A stretch of DNA of 64,000 nucleotides, taken from contig QPGO01000071.1 of the NCBI GenBank assembly GCA_008632985.1, forward strand, positions 1 to 64,000. Direction: 5' to 3'. The number at the start of each line of letters is the position of its first letter. Position 1 is the first letter of the stretch. Under the pieces are notes generated by a model. That model was not told where the DNA came from and made no database searches. It saw nothing but the letters and a program-made list of their open reading frames with translations. The position numbers and the translations under genes are program-made. Of this stretch, positions 58,342 to 64,000 are shown in pieces. This DNA is from Psammoneis japonica. Taxonomy: Eukaryota.

Positions 58342-61145
58342 TCATATTATCTCCTTAAAAGTTGAGACATTTTTAACTGTCGAGAAAGGACTGAAAGCTG
58401 TTTCTAGCTTGAGCAAATACTTCAGGGAAAGGAAAGGATACCGCAAACGCAACCTGCACTTGTTGCGTCTTGAAAGATTCCAATGCAGCCAAGGATGATG
58501 CTTCCATTTGCTGCCTGCCAAGCATATCATTCTGCACAGCATAGATTAGCACGAACGGGTCAGGCGAAAACAGAGGTAAATACTGATACAAAGACGAACC
58601 GACTCACCAATAAATCATTGTAGCTGGCAATGTCTGCTTCAAGACAGTTTCGGGCGTGGTCGACACTCGTTGGAGGCGAGGCCACGAGGGAACGAATGTG
58701 ATAATCCGCACTCGCCAATACCTTGTTGCGCAACATTTCATGATCTGCGCGATGGCTCAAGACTAGTTTTTGGAGTGCATTGGGGTTGGCCACGCCCATT
58801 CGTTCTGCCACTGTCGTTTTGGGGAGACCCGTCAAAAGCGACGGTGGAAGTGTGCGTCGATGAGGAGACAAAAAGCCAGGCCTGCGATTGGGGGACAAAA
58901 AGCCAGGCCTGGGAGATTTTGCACGAGGAGGTGACATGACCTTGTTGCGAAGCGCCACGAGTGCGTCTGCACCATTGGTATCCGGATTGGGTTGCTTGTC
59001 GGGAGTCCAACCGGCTCGGACAGCCGCCTTGTAAGCGTTGCTGTTGGGAATGAGGATTTTGCGTTTTTTGGGCCTACCCCGTTTCCGCTTGACAGGTAGT
59101 ACTGGATCCGTTGGCGTATCGTCCGATTCAGAGGTCACCGGCGCGGATTTGGTAGCTGCGACCGCAGAAGCAGGCCTTTCGCAACAGCAGCAACACCGGC
59201 GGCAGCAGCCGGTTTCTCTGTAGTGACTTGTTCCTCTGCGTCTGATTCTTTTGGACGACGCAAAAATTTCATCATGGCTCCGTCCACCGGTTTCTCGGGG
59301 GGCGGCGTTTTTGACTCGGGAGAAACCTGTTGAGCGGTAGCTGCTACATCCGACGTCGTCTGAACTTTGGGTCGTTCCTTGGCGCTAGCTTGTGGTTTGG
59401 GAGCAGGCGCTGATTCCGCTTGCGGAGAGTCGGCAACAACACTGTGACGAGAGGCCTGGATAGAAGCCGGCGTTTGCTTTGGGCCCGTCTTTCGCCTTTT
59501 TGTGGACTTGGGCGTGACAATGGGATAGGCTTGGGACGACGGTAAAACCTGGAGAGGAGCTGACATTTTGTCACTGCGCGCAACCTTTACTGTTTCGTCG
59601 GACGGCTTGCTTGACTTATTGCTCGACACTTGCTCCTTGCTACTCCACAAGTCTTGCATGGAACCCTTGAGAGACCGCAACGAAATGCTACCGCGTCCCG
59701 TGATGTTGTTGTATTCGGCAACCGCCGCGACAACAACGCCCTGCGGAGACTTTGCCAAGCACATTTGACGAGACGTTGCGCTTTGTTGAGTCGAAAACAA
59801 AGCCGAGTCCAAAGTCTCCAACTTTGGCAATCCTCCATCGCCATGTTGTGAGTACAAGACAAGTGAGCCCTGCAAAATTACGACAGTATGAATTGTAAGA
59901 ATGAATCGTACTTAACTGAAGGCGCTTATTCTTCTCACTTGACCTTTTACACAATCCATATTACTTACATTTGACAATTCCAACAAGACATGTCCTGCAT
60001 CCGACTTGATTCCCGCCATGCTGACAATCGACGTAATTCTCCCCGCTGTGCTCGTCTCTTGCTAGTACCACCACTACCGGCCGACGGCAGTGCCAATTCG
60101 GTATGATTGTAGGGCGACTCCGCTTCGAGCGACACGACACTCATTTGATTGTACAAATTGCCACCGCTACAGACACAAAAGCCACCCGCCATGCCCAAGG
60201 CCGACTCGGTCGAGGCCACATCCTTGTGTTTGGGTCTCTTGGGGCGGTTTTCATGCTCTTGTTGTTGTTCTTGACTCAAATCCCATACACGCAGCTTTTG
60301 ATCGTCGCTTTTGGAAATCGCCTGCAAGTGGCTGCGACTGTCATAACGAAAGGTAAGCATCAATATGGAATTGCCATTGGTTTGCGTGTCATAGAGGCAC
60401 TGCCATAGGGCATCGCTTTCGTTCTTGGGAGTAAAGGACCAAATGTGAATATTCTTAATGCCTCGTCCCGTCAAGAGCATGTACGTGTCATTCTTATTCT
60501 TGGAGTTGTCTTTACGAAAAAGTTTCGTACAAGCCCCAAATCCACGTAGCTTGGCATCCGAATGTCGATACACGTGTGTTGAATGATCGTCCAGCTTGAC
60601 CGCCACCAACTCGACACTGCCTCGAGCAACACCACCAAAGCAGTATTTGCCGTCCTGACTTACATCGACATGCATGAGCAATGAGGTATGAACACCCCGG
60701 GCATGAATTTGACATAGGACCAATCCCTGTTGTTTCGGTGTCGATAGTACTTGCTTGCGGCTCTTGCTTATAATGGGCACTTGATTTTCTTCGTCGGATG
60801 AATCTAAATCAAACAGAGACTCCTCCTCATCGTCAATGCTATTCTTTGATTTCTTATTGTTGCCCGTCGTATCGGGACACGTCAAATCAAAAAGACGAAG
60901 TGTACCATCAGAAAAGCCTGCAATCAATTGATTTCCGCTCGGAACCAACTTGAGCGATGTGCCTAAAGATTATATAAATCAGATCCATAAGGAAATTGTA
61001 CATGAGTGATTGTCCGTATTGAGTCGTCACGGCCATAAGATGCAGACAGGAGAAGAACAACACATTCGCTCCACATTGTATACTTACACTCCTCATTGAC
61101 TGAGAAGTCAAACCCATTCTGAATCGCTTCTGCCGTCGTCGACAT
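58342..61145 (-). CDS. WD40-repeat protein with an AT-hook, multi-exon
   Basis: 'GFSDGTLRLFD', 'NIHIWSF', 'DDQKLRVWD', AT-hook 'KRKRGRPKKR'. Several GT-AG introns and two apparent 1-nt shifts. Confidence 0.7.
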
Positions 61146-61480
61146 GGTGCTGTTGGTTTTGCAACGCAGCGATTGCAACGCCGCCGCAGTTCAGAGAAAA
61201 AGAGACTGCGGCGAGAAGTGGCGGTGTGTTTTCCAGTTGCTTGATCGTCATGCGATTTTTTTCGAATTTTTTCTGGCGCGCATTTTTTACCGTTGAACAG
61301 CGTCAGAAAAATGACATTCCGGATTCCATCATGCTACGTCACACGCACGTCACGATCAAAATCATCACTTTCCCGCGCGAAGATACGCGCGGGGCAAGAA
61401 CGGGGTGCGATGAACGCACCTCAACACACAATGAGCGCTTTGCCGCCGTCAATGCTACTGCAGAAACAAATTCAACAACC

Positions 61481-63279
61481 ATGGCTAGCCATAAAAGATT
61501 ACTATGCTCTTTGTTACTTTTCGTATGCATGTCGAGAGTGTTTTCAATAGCGAGACAGACTCACCATGACTCGACAAACATTGCGAATCATCCAGAGCAT
61601 CGACATGTGCAGAAACAAGAATCATTGTCGACGAGAAAAAGGAGGAGACTTGTAGAGGACGCAAAAGAGGAAGCGAAGAAAACCAAAGAACCAACCGATG
61701 CTACAAACAAGCCAACTAGTAAGCCGGCAAGCAAACCGACTAGTAAAAAGCCAGCAGCCGACAAAACAACGACTAAGCCGACCCCGAAACCGGCTCCCAA
61801 GCCTGCCGCGAAGAAACCCGCCAAGCCAACAACAAAGCCAAAGGAAGCAGCAGCAACGACAACAACTCCAAAGCCAACTCCAAAAGTAACACCTAAACCA
61901 ACAATCAAGAAACCAGTGAGCACGATCAAGCCGACTGCTAGCAAGCCAACGGAAAAGCCAGTCACAAGTAGTAAACCAACCCCCAAACCGACAGAGGCCA
62001 AAGTAGTACCCGACGAGACGACGACCAGTCCAACCGTTACAACGCCAGATACTACTACTACTACACCCAGTCCGACTCTTGTTCCAACCAAACAAACACC
62101 CGAAACGACGAGTCCAACGCTTAGCCCAACAACGCCCAATAATATGGATTCAAAAACACATGCAAGTCAAGACAATACTACCGATGCTGCTGCTGAAAAG
62201 TGTGCAGAGGCAAAGACGTGTACCGAATGCAAAGCCGTCCGTTTGGATGATAATTATTTATGTGCCTGGAAAAATGATACGAATGATTTGTATTCTTGTC
62301 GAGTAGCAACAGCGCCCGATGAGACGACTGTCGACTGTCCAGCAGAAGCAAAAACAACAACAACCACCACGGATGCTCCCACCACGACGACACCGGCGGA
62401 ATTACCAGAAACAGAGCAAAGCGAATGGACGGCCAAAAATATCTTTGTGATTATCGCCTTGTTTATTATTTTGTTTTATTTTCGAAAGCAAGCCATGGAT
62501 CATGAAAATGAAGCACTCTTGGCGGCACGATTGCAGAACGCAAGACACCGACATCATGAAATGTGAGTACTATTATAAAAATGCAAAAGAGAGTGCTTTT
62601 TGATTCAGGAATGTTTTTCATCTCATTCAATCTTCTCTCCTTTTTATATTTTAGTGTCCCATTGGCACTGGGAGATCCGGACAATGATGATTGGGGATGG
62701 GACGATCAGGCTACTACTGGTGATGTAGAGCTTGCGTCTCTCAAACAGGCCAAGGAACACGAAGAACTCCAAATGGCAATGGCCATGTCCATGTCGTCGC
62801 ACGATGAAGAAACTCAACGACGAGAAAAATCACCGTCACCGGCTCGGAAACGGTCAAGTCCACGAACCGCACCCAAACCGACAGTGGCGGGTAAGTTCAC
62901 AAACAAAAGAAACGAGTATGTACTGTTATGAAACTGTCTTGCGCTGACGTGTTTCTTCTCTCCGTTTTTGTTGGTAGTACCACCACGAAGGACCAAACTA
63001 CCCACGCCACCATCTTCAATGAGACCACCTGTGCAAGGAGGACGAACAGTTGCAAAGCCAGTCGCAAAACCAAAGCCTCCACCAAGAGAGGATGATATAT
63101 TTGCCACAATGGGTTTGTCGGCTGCTCCTACCTTTGCCAAAAAGCCTGCCGCTTCTGCGCCTACTACTACAACTAGCAACACCTTGGCTGCGGCGGCTGA
63201 TTTTGCTACTTCATCATCACAAGCGGAAGATGAATGGGGAGATGATGCGGATTTGGATGATTTGCTTAATGATGAATGA
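61481..63279 (+). CDS. Type I membrane protein with a Lys/Pro/Thr mucin-like stalk, a small Cys domain and a cytosolic UIM-like motif; exons 61481-62562, 62655-62890, 62978-63279
   Basis: Signal peptide, 'RRL', KPT repeats, 'CAEAKTCTEC...CAW', TM 'IFVIIALFIILFYF', 'EHEELQMAMAMSMS'. Confidence 0.75.
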
Positions 63280-63404
63280 GCTGGAGGTAATAATTGTAAG
63301 AAAAGAGGTATTGGGTACACGTACGCTTTCTTAGAGACTTGTCTACAGTATCATATAGGTTTCTTTAGATTGAGAGCGAGAACATGCGTTTAACAGCCGT
63401 GCGG

Positions 63405-63998
63405 TTAAACTTCCAGATCTAAGTCTAAATCAAGCAGCTGTTTCATTTCTTGTACAAGAGCTGTCCCCAACGTTTCTTCGTGTTTTTCGTCTCCTGGTTG
63501 TGATCTCGTGTAAACCCAGTGGCCCGTCTTGGCATTGTATTCATACCGTCGTGGTCCAGACAAGGGAGAAGACCACCAGATTTGTTCATTGGGGGTTTGC
63601 TTATTGATTACCCACGTTCCATGACCAGGTATGCTCAGTGTTAGCACACCCGACGCTACTGTGACTTCGACATCGTCCATACCGGGCACCTCGTCAATCA
63701 TGTCTTCAATAGCGTCTTGAATTGCATCCAAGGTTTCATCCGCAACCTTATGGTACTCTCCGACGCTCTGAAAGAATCTCTTTTGGGTGGAAACTAGCTC
63801 TGTTCTTTCAAGGTTGTTAAAAAGTTGTACTACACACACCTCCTGTGGTGCTCCAATCCGTCTGGGTTGATTTCTGCCCAAGCTAGTGTTGCATCCTCCT
63901 AGTAGAGTGACGTAACAACGATGAGACGATTTTGTGGCGCGAGAAAGATTTTCTCTACCTGCTTTCTTTGTCAAAACCCGACAAGAGGAGCAGCGCGC
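63405..63998 (-). CDS. FXN: Frataxin, 5'-partial
   Basis: 'YHKVADETLD', 'ASGVLTL', 'GTWVINKQTPNEQIWWSSPLSGPRRY'. Frame is open to the window edge. Confidence 0.95.
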   Translation of the reverse strand, partial: ARCSSCRVLTKKAGRENLSRATKSSHRCYVTLLGGCNTSLGRNQPRRIGAPQEVCVVQLFNNLERTELVSTQKRFFQSVGEYHKVADETLDAIQDAIEDMIDEVPGMDDVEVTVASGVLTLSIPGHGTWVINKQTPNEQIWWSSPLSGPRRYEYNAKTGHWVYTRSQPGDEKHEETLGTALVQEMKQLLDLDLDLEV

Positions 63999-64000
63999 AG

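Noticed and set aside
43432..61145. Programmed frameshifting or mass pseudogenisation in the transporter, the 50945-52460 gene, the 53125 gene, the 55425 gene and the WD40 gene
   Set aside because: The breaks I inspected are single missing bases in short homopolymers within otherwise intact genes, most simply long-read assembly errors. Short-read polishing would decide.
1..64000. Bacterial origin of the whole window (Lgt, DMFase, histidine kinase)
   Set aside because: These genes are interspersed with spliceosomal-intron genes, APC8 and a copia element.

Overview
This is eukaryotic nuclear DNA, inferred to be from a pennate diatom (GT-AG introns with CTCAC-type branch points, a CoDi-type copia element, a diatom LRR-receptor family gene, diatom-type kinases). 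The window has two compositional states. (1) Ordinary gene-rich DNA at 1-3.3 kb, 7.5-10.7 kb and ~30.5-64 kb. It holds a bacterial-type dimethylformamidase large subunit, two paralogous membrane proteins, a MYND-finger gene, a TE-broken hybrid histidine kinase, a bacterial-type Lgt facing a Cys-rich secreted gene with two apparent 3-nt micro-exons, two kinases, APC8/CDC23, a TLC-type transporter, a WD40/AT-hook gene, a mucin-like membrane protein, frataxin and several non-autonomous DNA transposons. (2) Two decayed domains (~3.3-7.5 kb and ~10.7-30.4 kb) of TE relics, an LRR pseudogene and a 2.6-kb inverted duplication. In these, TpA is almost completely erased and CpG reduced, both converted to TpG/CpA. 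Conserved Tyr codons have become Cys/His and TAA/TAG stops have largely vanished. This TpA->TpG direction is the reverse of fungal RIP. It is the most striking signal here and is supported by internal duplicate pairs. Many single-base frameshifts in otherwise intact genes suggest uncorrected long-read indels, so base-level claims need short-read confirmation.
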